DNA of 64,000 bases from a virus. The stretch is from IMG/VR virus record IMGVR_UViG_3300042341_001047; one strand, written 5' to 3'. The notes below the pieces were generated by a model. That model was not told where the DNA came from. It saw only the letters and a list, made by a program, of their open reading frames with translations, and searched no databases. The position numbers and the translations under genes are program-made. Shown piece by piece: positions 49,401 through 57,738 of the stretch. The stretch's first letter is position 1; each line of letters begins with the position of its first letter.

Positions 49401-49610
49401 TCTGAAATGAATCCTATATTACCCTATAATTTCACAATAGATTCAAATATTGATCCATTTGTTGTAATTGAAGTAACATCTGATAATGGATATGGATTAA
49501 TCTATAGAGATAGAAAAAACTATGAAATAAGAGGAAATAAAGATTTAACAGAGCCTACAAAATATATAGATCCAATAGGTCCATTTATTCCTATATCTCA
49601 AATATACTAA
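43452..49610 (+). CDS. very large baseplate/tail-associated structural protein with beta-propeller-like region
   Basis: 2052 aa; repeated xNP.NG.IYV / YNP....VWV blades, YIGAYKSIINAINFFGY wedge-like motif; late promoter upstream. Confidence 0.7.
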   Translation: MSNHKNLLFFNKEGDYLNFNYNYTTDRFEGDLLFHENSSDTFKTLGIYMLENIPSFEFELPGTLTLNKFQLFNEYGLFFYNSKYENQSINRIEPINNDPTFYSKWIFGDNFEKKFPIGSIIRFDSVFLEFNNPTQTYTVVSTKKGAVMIISSVDNATFESMYISQYSDQSIYVGRTISAINGIGVYNYINSLYSDNLSYWNEPQFYDKLYKKKKLNIINSQLNDGIYTVKEEELTDNKHFEYYTSGMNGEDIIIEVVSKTDLPRIYDGGLNINQVSNQITSGGEILTFSYTSNVGANGPYTSLTSNGASSSVTGTGGLFDVVVSGGVVSSVTINKIGKQYTVGDLFVIDGVSIGGSTIIDDIYITINSVADPIVSVENKIYFSSSVPDILKPGREFKIIGSTTNQNFFTIANIPTFTGNTQETFYGTQSQVLWNNKIYQCILAYTQSFTGATQFVDPYTTEYWSPSISYIKVDQVVTPEILLGAQIYLTTDRIYFGYGFTYSTAATLASAAEKYKDDLKSFNIDLFYENNKLKADLIYPSKYAEVNFYQNQIGPTYSIGNVTQTYERVTQVEESVNSELNYDISQNILVNIVFTDIDEYGFKVIINGQVYQEELAAIYSGGLLDMQRTIDRTLRNWLARHYTELIGLGIIADIQYTGPIFSPFVNSIKLQTQYPNVPLIIDDIFVGITADYYIEHSRVLFSNNDYTNTRPTIGPVLTLTINDDEFSQNTIYQTGSYSQYPDIPATLSAWVDEHGDYLRTFGILVTPINNLLKFDVKRLDRRLDYTINTGKLSIPGIIDYTITKKIKGNDGLLITSNEVSLPTDLVSFEDAGFATGMVFSINNTIHPYNNQEFVIQFLDPQVLNLSYQGPFWGLTSGICNSSAFITLAFDTGYGQTACDGPIVGPTPSGAGPYQIGAFDPSAFTLTYNPNTYTLNTYNLQGYPGTSGLVDLIYVQLSNSIYAFGDDLTVMDSYITSYLTTVYLPGNTQSIEIEYNSYNNYLYCLSKNNIFVVDPLLNTLVATMSLANNAHDMEINPNNGDIYVTYDNSPNIDIWDYTNTLAVTLGTSSLNFPPSATSCGKMVFNEFEGDMYVITDANQTLRINGGPSLPGYLPPNSSNPNRTIQTTYGIPGLTNSIFYEPINEAIYVYGSSSLWKIDNGVSQSISGITTQPFNDIIFNNLTGEMNISDSSTSFKSLNLSTDAITINTGVSNYGYLALNQFDGDVYLSSLSSNSVSVIRPTTGAVVQTVPLPSGSTRIIYNPDRRSVWVIEPSTNTITEVEVTLNSSININPSVYNPINDNSYGTLDPNYEPHVDLWLKTKEYVRRPRENFEGEVQVKYYWKWFADDVPEFFMYDFSGDQLPVNGSYSYTGIKPLSPVVLNKNANKDLTKLNAPEYQQTIFNKVEYKLSYIDDESNISIEPEPIQLFIGYKSEEEGALRSVLQLWKKEEVTIEFESTQINGTILRFETLDEFGPDKRGMISINTLSSEFFIGKGLKEGQLITIYVRDLTNKSSQYISNNNGLIMKIRTVYAKNMVLDFLSGNDLLYPESTVIVDYPKVNTTTYLKTTIKVIDREISRFIVYGQTEVEDERFKIELGNVGKLIAPNEVFIFKEYDILEGGTDWTILNKKRKEMLMMKHLIYPYIGAYKSIINAINFFGYNDLQLNEYYRDINPNSEKFLKLFKVEIPDMFDNTVEGFTESEFVKNNFPNENYEETNMFNLTYQITDKEGTNVLNYSIDEVVIKLQGLKYWLKRNIIPLTHKIMDITGKAYLKSTNEIVHTTYDVRFINSKENMTPITFRLNEAYLMPINSGSTVYNCVLDFYTIIEGIGSDKNPTGLVPPPKPFNGVDLEIPDYFNISIRTYKTYKEWAPFKTYNAGDKITYYDKIYESAKENNKINNPRKYENTKSWIPNTSYEVTNVVEYNRDIYVCTGLGTFATSSGTASITTSVPPVLDNGSDKNWLNITQWREIDLEPVQTLSEFRKVPKNSEMNPILPYNFTIDSNIDPFVVIEVTSDNGYGLIYRDRKNYEIRGNKDLTEPTKYIDPIGPFIPISQIY

Positions 49611-49622
49611 TTACCTTAAAAT

Positions 49623-49653
49623 AAAAAACCTCCAATTATATTGGAGGTTTTTT
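49623..49653. terminator. bidirectional intrinsic terminator
   Basis: AAAAAACCTCCAAT-TAT-ATTGGAGGTTTTTT. Confidence 0.85.
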
Positions 49654-49669
49654 TATTCAGTGAGATTAA

Positions 49670-50320
49670 TTATGCTTCTGGTTGTAAAACAGAACCACTA
49701 GCAGTTTCAAAGTCAACACCAGAATCAAAAGTAACAATCCAATCTTGGATTTCTTTTGATAGATTTTTACTTGTAGCTTCGTAATAATTAAAGATTTTAG
49801 AGATATCTCCAATTTTTAATAAAAGTTTAGAGAAAGTATAAGCATCTTTTGTAAGACCTTTAATTTTATGTTTAGAAATTAAATGATAGATGTAAGTAAT
49901 CTCAGTAGCATCAACTGGGAAAGCAACTACATCTTTATCATTAACATACTTAGCATCTTTCATACCACCCATCGTATTTGTCAATTCAATAGCGAAGAAG
50001 ATAGTATTTACGTCATACTCTAATTTAGTTAGAATTAAGTCTGTTAAGAACTTATGTTCAGATCTATTAAGGAAGAAGTTATACTTTGCTTCTTTTAATG
50101 AATTAACAAAGTTATACCAAAGAACTTGAGCCTCTTTATATAACTCATCTTTCTCCTCATCAGTTTTATCTTTACCAACATTAGAACTCATATAGTTCTC
50201 AACATCAGAAATTTTACTATCAAGAATAGATTCTTGTTGAAGACTTAGAATTAAATGCTCAACACCTTCATTTGTGATAGATAATTGTGGTTTTACTGTA
50301 TTTGTTTCGATTTTGTCCAT
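49670..50320 (-). CDS. hypothetical protein
   Basis: 216-aa ORF in a co-oriented run. Confidence 0.7.
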   Translation of the reverse strand: MDKIETNTVKPQLSITNEGVEHLILSLQQESILDSKISDVENYMSSNVGKDKTDEEKDELYKEAQVLWYNFVNSLKEAKYNFFLNRSEHKFLTDLILTKLEYDVNTIFFAIELTNTMGGMKDAKYVNDKDVVAFPVDATEITYIYHLISKHKIKGLTKDAYTFSKLLLKIGDISKIFNYYEATSKNLSKEIQDWIVTFDSGVDFETASGSVLQPEA

Positions 50321-50336
50321 ATTTTTATTTTTATTT

Positions 50337-50549
50337 TTATCCTTTAATTAAGGTTTCTAAACTCTCTAGTTTATCTTTAGCATCTGTATATTTACCAATC
50401 CATTTATCTTGTTCTTCAAGTAAATCAGAATGTTCACCGATAGCCGCTAGGTTATCATTTGATAAATAAAGTTCTAATGCTGCCTCTGCTTCAGCCATAT
50501 CTGATTGATATCTAAGTCTAAGAGCTTTTATATATTTTTCGTTTTTCAT
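50337..50549 (-). CDS. small helical phage protein
   Basis: 70 aa, AIGEHSDLLEE.DKW motif. Confidence 0.65.
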   Translation of the reverse strand: MKNEKYIKALRLRYQSDMAEAEAALELYLSNDNLAAIGEHSDLLEEQDKWIGKYTDAKDKLESLETLIKG

Positions 50550-50561
50550 ATTTTTTAAATT

Positions 50562-50993
50562 TTATGCTATAAATTCTTCATCAATTTTAGCATCTTTCTT
50601 TTGCTCTTGGTATAACTCTTCCACTTTATTAGCTCTTGCTACTTTCTCAACACCATATTTATTAACGATTGATGAAAAGGTATTTAGGTCTGTTTTTCCT
50701 AATTTGATTTTACCAGTCTCTACATTGATATTAATTTTATCAATTTCTTGTTCAATTAAAATTGTAATTGACTCTTCATCAAATACCATCATTAAATCTT
50801 CATTGATAGATACCATTATTTCTTTTTGTAAAAGAAATGCAAATTTTGGTGGAATTACTGATACTTTAATCAGTTCTTTTTGTTTCTCATCTCCCTCAAA
50901 TTGAAATTTGACAGAAACTGGAAATGCTTTTTTGTTAAATACTTCAAAGAATGTTGATATTGTATCCTCTGACAACTCGTAGAAATTATCCAT
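50562..50993 (-). CDS. hypothetical protein, possibly a degenerate phage metallopeptidase fold
   Basis: ILIEQEIDKI where HExxH would be expected; D...F..IV.KYG. Confidence 0.55.
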   Translation of the reverse strand: MDNFYELSEDTISTFFEVFNKKAFPVSVKFQFEGDEKQKELIKVSVIPPKFAFLLQKEIMVSINEDLMMVFDEESITILIEQEIDKININVETGKIKLGKTDLNTFSSIVNKYGVEKVARANKVEELYQEQKKDAKIDEEFIA

Positions 50994-51046
50994 ATATTAT
51001 TTTTTATTTGTTTTTTATTATAAAAAATATTCGAGGAAAAGTTTAG

Positions 51047-51478
51047 TTAGAGAAATAAAATAAGTAATAAAATAAGAGAAATAACTGAAATTGTTGGTAA
51101 TATTCTATATCTAATAATATCATAATACTCATTACTCTTGAACAGAGAAAATCCAATAACTACAAGGTATGAATATTTATCAACTTTTTTAACTTCATAA
51201 AAATCATATAACTCTTGTAAACCTTTAGTGTTCAAGAATTTAGACAATTCTGTAGTATATTCTTTTACAGAGCTCTCAGCTATCTTATCAATATCTGCCT
51301 TTCTTAAGTTATAAGGCTCTCCTATAACCTCATTAGGAATATTTATAACATTATAAATTCTCCAAGCATTATCAATTCTTGCACCAAATGTTTGTTCTAA
51401 TTCAGTCTTAATGGATTTAAGAGACTTTTTATATTCTCTAAAAACACTTATTTTTTTAAATAGAGATATTCTTTTCAT
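51047..51478 (-). CDS. hypothetical protein with C-terminal TM
   Basis: Ends ILPTISVISLILLLILFL. Confidence 0.65.
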   Translation of the reverse strand: MKRISLFKKISVFREYKKSLKSIKTELEQTFGARIDNAWRIYNVINIPNEVIGEPYNLRKADIDKIAESSVKEYTTELSKFLNTKGLQELYDFYEVKKVDKYSYLVVIGFSLFKSNEYYDIIRYRILPTISVISLILLLILFL

Positions 51479-51515
51479 TTGTATTATATAATTTATATAT
51501 CAATTAGTTTAGTCA

Positions 51516-54500
51516 CTATGGTTTTTCAGTTCCTAATTTCTCTTCTTTTTTAGCAGTCATTATGTGCATTACTAAATCATCAACTGTATCAACATTCTTG
51601 TTAATTGAGTCTAATAAATGAGCAATTCTATCCAATTTATGTAAAGCACTTTCACCTTTACCATCAACAGGACCTTGATTACCTTTCTTAGCCCAAACTT
51701 CTCTTTGACCACCACCTGGTTTCTCACCAACATTTGGACCACCTCCTCTTTTTGGTGAATCAAGTAACTTAGAAAATACACTACTTCTTTTTTCTAGAAC
51801 GGTCAACATATTATTGAACATTTTAGAATCCATTGACGAAAGTATTGCAATATTACCAGTCAACTTTCTTATCATATTAACTTTTTGACCATCAACTGAT
51901 TTAATAGCCGAACTAAACTTATTAAGTGATGAGGCCAATTTATCAAATGCACTAGCCATTTTATTCATACCTAAAGCTGCTCTTGAAACAGGATCCAATC
52001 CAAATACGCTTAAAAGACCACCACCAGATAAAGTATCATCTTTACTAAGATATCTAACTAAACTAGCAAAGTCTCTAATATTAGTAGCCATATTTTTTAC
52101 ATAACTAGGATCTATTTTATTTTCAAAGAATTTTTTATTCTTCCATAATATACCAGCAGTCATCACTAACTGATTTACAATCCTATTAACGGTTCCAACA
52201 TCAGCGGCTCTAGTAGTTTCTACAGAGTAACTACCAAATCTACCAAGACTCATAGTTTTAACCTCTTTAATAGTAAGAATCTTATCAAGTATTCTAGTTA
52301 ATTTAGCATAATTTTCTAAGTTCCAATGTAGATCATAAACCCAATTTCTATCTAATTTAAATTTGAAAAACTTTTGATTAATATGTAAAATTCTAGCTGT
52401 TTCAACAATTTGACTAACAACTCTATTAACAATAGAAACATCTTTCATCTTTCTTGTTGTAGTACTAGTAGTTGACGCACCAACTCCCATAAATCCACCA
52501 GATTTGATAGATGTTTTTTCATCAAATCCTAACATCTTATCTAATTGTTGAGTTATAGATGCAAACCCTATAACATTTTTACCCAAATTAGTAACCCAAG
52601 ACTTATCTAACTTAAATTTAAAGTATTTCTGAGCACTCCACAAATGTTTAGCTGACATAGATATAGACTTAATACCTCCTTCAAGAATCTTAGAATACAT
52701 CGAAAATATGGCAACATTAAATCCTCTTTCTTCAATTTCACCAAAAATATCCATAAATCCTACTATAGATAATTTAACACCGTTGGCCCAAGCCTGACTA
52801 GGATATGCTTTCCAAGCATCAGCACCAATAGTATTAAAAGCAAATGCGGCGTCTGTCAATGAGTAAGCTAAAGTTCTAACACCATATGACATATTATCAA
52901 CTACCTCAGTACCAGATGTAAACCAACCAGTATCCTCACTTAATGATTTGAAAACAGGAGCAAAAGCGTTAAGAGCAGCACCAACTCCTTCTCCCCACTT
53001 CTTAGAAGGATAACCCTCATCAAATGTGGCTTTATTAGCGGCGAATATTTTAGCAGCATCTATAATACCTTTAGATATAGTTATTATAGCAGCGCTCATT
53101 TTTTTACCTCCACTAAACGGGAAGTCAACTAACATCTTATAAACAGGAGCAAAAGCACCAATAGCTAAACCGACTCCTTCGGCCCATGCTTTTGGAGGAC
53201 CATTCTTAAATACTGCTTTATTCTTAGCAAAGAATCCAGCAGCATCAACAATACCACGAGAAACAACTTTGATAGCTCTAGCAAAGTCATCAGGACCCAC
53301 ACCACCTCCACCAAATGCCTCCATTACAGAACTCATCACCAACATCTGATAAACTTGACCAAATGCACCAATCGCGATAGCAACTCCTTCAGCCCATGCT
53401 TTAGTTGGTCCGCCCGTATATTTACCAAAAGCTAAGATACTAGATACTTCAACTATTGACCAAGCAATAGAAGCTAACATACTCCTTCCTTGTTCAAACG
53501 GGTCTGAACCGGTGAAAAAACTTATAACAGCTGCCGCCATACCAATTGCACCTAATACAAGAATAAGTGGAGCAAAAGTTGAAAATAATAATACAGTAGC
53601 GACCGTCCATCCAAGCATTCCTTTATTATCATATTTACCTTTTGATAGTATTTTAGAGGTCTCAACAATAGTTTCTGCAACAGCAAGTACCAAAGGAACA
53701 CCCAATGCAAATGCTATTAATCCGATACCAGTCATTGCTATCCCACCCAAGACCACCGCCATAAGAGCAAAAGGAACCATAGCAGCCACAGTACCAAGTG
53801 TCCATTTAATAGGTGGATACTTGTTATATTTACCCATCGCTAGAATATGTGAAGTTGCAACAATTGCTAAGGCAACAACCAGAACCATAGCCCCACCCGC
53901 CAAGATGGCCAACGCGCCAAACCCAGACATAGCGATACTACCTAAAACAAGCATTGCTGGAATAAATGCCAATAGTGATAAACCAACTCCTAATGCCCAT
54001 TTCCAATCTGGATATTTTTTATAATTACCCATTGCTAGTATATGAGATGAAACCATTATAGCAACTGATATAATAACAATTAACAATGCTCCCATAATAG
54101 CATCTTTAACACTAACTTTCAACTTACTAAGAGCGAACATAGCTACCCCTATCGCAATAACAGCAATCGCCAATACCACCGAGTATATTGCAATCTTCAA
54201 CATTGTCATAAATGGTATTGTCTTAGTCTTACTAAGAATATGAGAAGATAACATTATAGCTATAGAAATCGCAACAAAGAAAAGAGGTAATTTAAAAACA
54301 TCTTGCATCTTCATTTTAGAAACTGCTTTTATTATAAATTTAGCCGCAAAAGAAATAACAATAAATACAATAGCAATACCAAGAGCTGTTAAAAACTGAG
54401 AGAATCCTATTGGCTTAATCATAGAAAAAGCATGTGATGAAAGAGCAATAGCATATGAGATAGCAACAAGTATAATAGGTATTCCAATAGCAGCAACTAA

Positions 54501-55583
54501 CATTTCAACCGGAGTCAACCCCTTGAAAGCTGTCATTAATTTTCTAATTCCAAAGGCAATTATAGTAAATGCCAATGCAATAAATATAGTTGTAAAGAAC
54601 TGACCAAGACTAATTGGTCTAACTAATTGTAAGGCGTAAGATGATAAAGCAATACCCAAAGCGATAGCAGGTAATATCAAAGGCAAGAATATAACAGACT
54701 TTGATAAAGCTGCCATTCCAATCCCTTTAAATGCTTGTAATAATTTTCTTATACCAAATGATATAACGGTGAAAGCCAAAGCTATAAATATAGTTGTAAA
54801 CATCTGACTAAATCCAACAGGTTTAACTAACTGAAAAGCCCAAGATGCAAAGGCGATACCTAAAGCAATCGCGGGTAATATCATAGGTAAGAATAAAACA
54901 CTTTTAACAACTTCCAGGAATGACATACCCTTAAATGCTCGTATCAATTTATATATAGCCGGTGATAAAGCAGAGAATCCAACACTTATTAATATTATAG
55001 TAAACATTTTAGTAAATGTAACTGGAGTAACCATTGACAATATCCAAGAAGAGATTGTTATACCAAGTGAAATAGCTGTAATAGCTATAATAAAATTCTT
55101 AGAATCTTTCTTAGCATCAAACCCAACTTGTTTTAATACGGTATGAACTTTAGCAAAACCTATAGCTAATAAAGGAAGAGCTATAGATAAGGCAATAACG
55201 GATAAGAAATTAACTTTACCAACAAGATTGAAGGCGATACCTAAAGCTAAAACAGCAACAGCTAACAATAAAATAACTCCAATTCCTTCTTTGAAGTTTT
55301 TTTGTTTTTGCTTGTCTTTACCAAGTCCTTCAGCAGCATCAGCACCTTTACTCTTGCTTTTACCCATCTTCATTATAGTTTGTTGATTAGCAAGTATTTG
55401 TTTACTATCTTTTTGTAATTGCTTTACACCAGCGTTAATCTCTTTTATTTCTTTTATAAAATTACCACCTTTCATCGCTTTAGCAGTAGCAGATGAAGCC
55501 TCACTCTTACTCTTAAGAGAGTCTGAAATATCTTGCAGGGCAATTGATAAATTATTTAAAGAATCCAGTAACTTCTTATCCAT
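51516..55583 (-). CDS. tape-measure-like protein
   Basis: 1355 aa of long hydrophobic Ala/Gly/Ile-rich repeats, then repeated P.K.WAEGV..AIGAF units; late promoter upstream. Confidence 0.65.
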   Translation of the reverse strand: MDKKLLDSLNNLSIALQDISDSLKSKSEASSATAKAMKGGNFIKEIKEINAGVKQLQKDSKQILANQQTIMKMGKSKSKGADAAEGLGKDKQKQKNFKEGIGVILLLAVAVLALGIAFNLVGKVNFLSVIALSIALPLLAIGFAKVHTVLKQVGFDAKKDSKNFIIAITAISLGITISSWILSMVTPVTFTKMFTIILISVGFSALSPAIYKLIRAFKGMSFLEVVKSVLFLPMILPAIALGIAFASWAFQLVKPVGFSQMFTTIFIALAFTVISFGIRKLLQAFKGIGMAALSKSVIFLPLILPAIALGIALSSYALQLVRPISLGQFFTTIFIALAFTIIAFGIRKLMTAFKGLTPVEMLVAAIGIPIILVAISYAIALSSHAFSMIKPIGFSQFLTALGIAIVFIVISFAAKFIIKAVSKMKMQDVFKLPLFFVAISIAIMLSSHILSKTKTIPFMTMLKIAIYSVVLAIAVIAIGVAMFALSKLKVSVKDAIMGALLIVIISVAIMVSSHILAMGNYKKYPDWKWALGVGLSLLAFIPAMLVLGSIAMSGFGALAILAGGAMVLVVALAIVATSHILAMGKYNKYPPIKWTLGTVAAMVPFALMAVVLGGIAMTGIGLIAFALGVPLVLAVAETIVETSKILSKGKYDNKGMLGWTVATVLLFSTFAPLILVLGAIGMAAAVISFFTGSDPFEQGRSMLASIAWSIVEVSSILAFGKYTGGPTKAWAEGVAIAIGAFGQVYQMLVMSSVMEAFGGGGVGPDDFARAIKVVSRGIVDAAGFFAKNKAVFKNGPPKAWAEGVGLAIGAFAPVYKMLVDFPFSGGKKMSAAIITISKGIIDAAKIFAANKATFDEGYPSKKWGEGVGAALNAFAPVFKSLSEDTGWFTSGTEVVDNMSYGVRTLAYSLTDAAFAFNTIGADAWKAYPSQAWANGVKLSIVGFMDIFGEIEERGFNVAIFSMYSKILEGGIKSISMSAKHLWSAQKYFKFKLDKSWVTNLGKNVIGFASITQQLDKMLGFDEKTSIKSGGFMGVGASTTSTTTRKMKDVSIVNRVVSQIVETARILHINQKFFKFKLDRNWVYDLHWNLENYAKLTRILDKILTIKEVKTMSLGRFGSYSVETTRAADVGTVNRIVNQLVMTAGILWKNKKFFENKIDPSYVKNMATNIRDFASLVRYLSKDDTLSGGGLLSVFGLDPVSRAALGMNKMASAFDKLASSLNKFSSAIKSVDGQKVNMIRKLTGNIAILSSMDSKMFNNMLTVLEKRSSVFSKLLDSPKRGGGPNVGEKPGGGQREVWAKKGNQGPVDGKGESALHKLDRIAHLLDSINKNVDTVDDLVMHIMTAKKEEKLGTEKP

Positions 55584-55666
55584 TTAGAAATATAAATTTT
55601 ACAATGTATATATAAAATATGATTATTCTTCTTAATATATAACTATAAGAAATCATCGGTGATATT

Positions 55667-56125
55667 ATGAAAATTAAAAGATTAATAGAACATTATTTAT
55701 TTAACAAATCAGTTAAAGAGATGGAATTAGACAAAATTTTAGAGAAAGTCTTAAAAAAGAAAACTCTAACACCAAGGGAAAAGGGATTTATTGAGTTATA
55801 CAACTCAACCCAAGAAGTCTTAATGAAAGACTATTTATATCTTTCAAAAAACTCAGCTTTTAAAAAGATAACTGAGATATTAGAAGTTGGTAAAAAGATA
55901 ATATGTGACCTACACGACAGAAATGGTAAGATAGGTCTTGAAATTATAGGAATTGTGAACAATTTTGAACAAGAAACTTGCTCATTAACTTTAAAAGGTG
56001 GTGAAAAACACAATCTTCATGATAAGTTCCTTTATAATTTAATATATAACATAAAGAAGGACCAATATTCAATTGAAGAACAAGATGAATACTTCGAAAA
56101 AATACCTACTGAGAATGAAGATTAA
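55667..56125 (+). CDS. hypothetical protein with LDKIL....LT..EK.F motif
   Basis: MELDKILEKVLKKKTLTPREKGFIE. Confidence 0.7.
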   Translation: MKIKRLIEHYLFNKSVKEMELDKILEKVLKKKTLTPREKGFIELYNSTQEVLMKDYLYLSKNSAFKKITEILEVGKKIICDLHDRNGKIGLEIIGIVNNFEQETCSLTLKGGEKHNLHDKFLYNLIYNIKKDQYSIEEQDEYFEKIPTENED

Positions 56126-56396
56126 AAGTTTTAGAAAATTTATAAACGAAGAAGTATCAGGTACTGAGTTAGTAGGACCAATTGGTCCGGCTTATGGAGA
56201 AACAGGTCTTCAAAATAAGACTGTTACTTTCCATGACACCAATGTTATTCAATCAGATATAGATAATAAAATATACACCATAGACGAATATAATAATGTA
56301 TATGGTGACTATCTAAAATCAGGTGGTAAGCCACTACCAGAAGGATTTAATCGTGAAAATTTAAACAAAATACTCGATTTTTTATCAGGTAAGTAA
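56115..56396 (+). CDS. small protein with capsid-targeting-like leader
   Basis: From ATG 56115: MKIKSFRKFINEE. Confidence 0.7.
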   Translation: MKIKSFRKFINEEVSGTELVGPIGPAYGETGLQNKTVTFHDTNVIQSDIDNKIYTIDEYNNVYGDYLKSGGKPLPEGFNRENLNKILDFLSGK

Positions 56397-56417
56397 TTAT
56401 ATTCAATATATAATTAT

Positions 56418-57317
56418 ATGGATACAATATATTGGTTTACCGGACAACCCGGACACGGAAAGACAGTACTTTCAAACTTACTTATCAAATACCTAGAAGA
56501 AAAATACAACAAAAAAGTATTTCACGTAGATGGTGATGATTTAAGAAGCTTAACTAACAATCAAAACTACTCAAAGGAAGGTAGATATGAGAATATCAAA
56601 AGAGCTCAAAGTATCGCACAATACATACAAAACAAAGGAAATGATGTTGTTGTGTCTTTAGTAGCTCCATATAGAGAACTAAGAGAAGAATTAAAATCGA
56701 GAACAAAAGTTGTAGAAATATATGTACACACGACTGATATAAGAGGTCGTGAGAAATTTCACTCAGATGAATATGAATCTCCTGTAGAAGACTACATAGA
56801 CATTAACACTACAGATGAAGAACCAGAGGTTACAATCAAAAGACTTATAGATAAGTTAGATTTACCTTGGTCTAAGTCAAATCATGGTGGACTACCAACC
56901 AATAATAAAGATAAAAAAAGAGCTATTTTCATTGGAAGATATCAACCATATCATAATGGACATATTCAACTGATTGAGCAAAAATTAAAATCTGGAGTAG
57001 GAGCTTTAATAATGATTAGAGATATTGAACCAGATGATAAAAATCCATTCACAACTCAACAAACGGTTGATATGATAAGAAAGTATCACTCATCAAAAGG
57101 TGATGATGTTGAAGTTATAATAATACCAGATATAGAGTCAGTTAATTATGGAAGAGGTGTTGGATATGAAATAAATGAGTTTACACCACCAGATAACATA
57201 GGCAACATATCAGCAACAAAGGTAAGAGATTGTATAAAAGAAGGAGATGATAGTTGGAAATTAATGGTTGATGAGTCAATCCAAGAAGATATAAAAAAAT
57301 ATCTACTAAATGAGTAA
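56418..57317 (+). CDS. cysC: adenylylsulfate (APS) kinase fused to an HxGH nucleotidyltransferase domain
   Basis: WFTGQPGHGKT P-loop, VDGDDLR, YSKEGR.EN, VSLVAPY, YESP; then FIGRYQPYHNGH...ISAT.VR. Confidence 0.85.
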   Translation: MDTIYWFTGQPGHGKTVLSNLLIKYLEEKYNKKVFHVDGDDLRSLTNNQNYSKEGRYENIKRAQSIAQYIQNKGNDVVVSLVAPYRELREELKSRTKVVEIYVHTTDIRGREKFHSDEYESPVEDYIDINTTDEEPEVTIKRLIDKLDLPWSKSNHGGLPTNNKDKKRAIFIGRYQPYHNGHIQLIEQKLKSGVGALIMIRDIEPDDKNPFTTQQTVDMIRKYHSSKGDDVEVIIIPDIESVNYGRGVGYEINEFTPPDNIGNISATKVRDCIKEGDDSWKLMVDESIQEDIKKYLLNE

Positions 57318-57735
57318 AGAAAAAACTTATCAGATAAGATACAACACAAAATCAACTTCAGATAAAGATACTTGGAGATTAATATGTGGAGATGAAGAAA
57401 TATTAGTATCTAATATATTTATAAAATCAAAAGTAATAACAACAAAAGATTTTATTGAGAAACTTGGATGGAAATATCATGTTACATGTGTAGGAGTTCT
57501 AAAAATTGAAAATGGAGTAGCTTATATAAATGAAGTAGACAACTCAACAAAAAGACACATACTTAAAACCTTATCATATAGAATACTTGGAACATCAGTT
57601 ACTGTAATTGGTGCTTATTGCTTTGGTTTGTCAATAGAGATGTCATCTTTATTAGGAATGAGTGAATTATTAATAAAACCATTAATTTACTTTTTACATG
57701 AAAGATTTTGGTTCAGGTTTATAAAAATAAAATAA
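57310..57735 (+). CDS. protein with C-terminal DUF2061-like membrane domain
   Basis: KRHILKTLSYRILGT...ELLIKPLIYFLHERFW. Confidence 0.7.
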   Translation: MSKEKTYQIRYNTKSTSDKDTWRLICGDEEILVSNIFIKSKVITTKDFIEKLGWKYHVTCVGVLKIENGVAYINEVDNSTKRHILKTLSYRILGTSVTVIGAYCFGLSIEMSSLLGMSELLIKPLIYFLHERFWFRFIKIK

Positions 57736-57738
57736 AAA

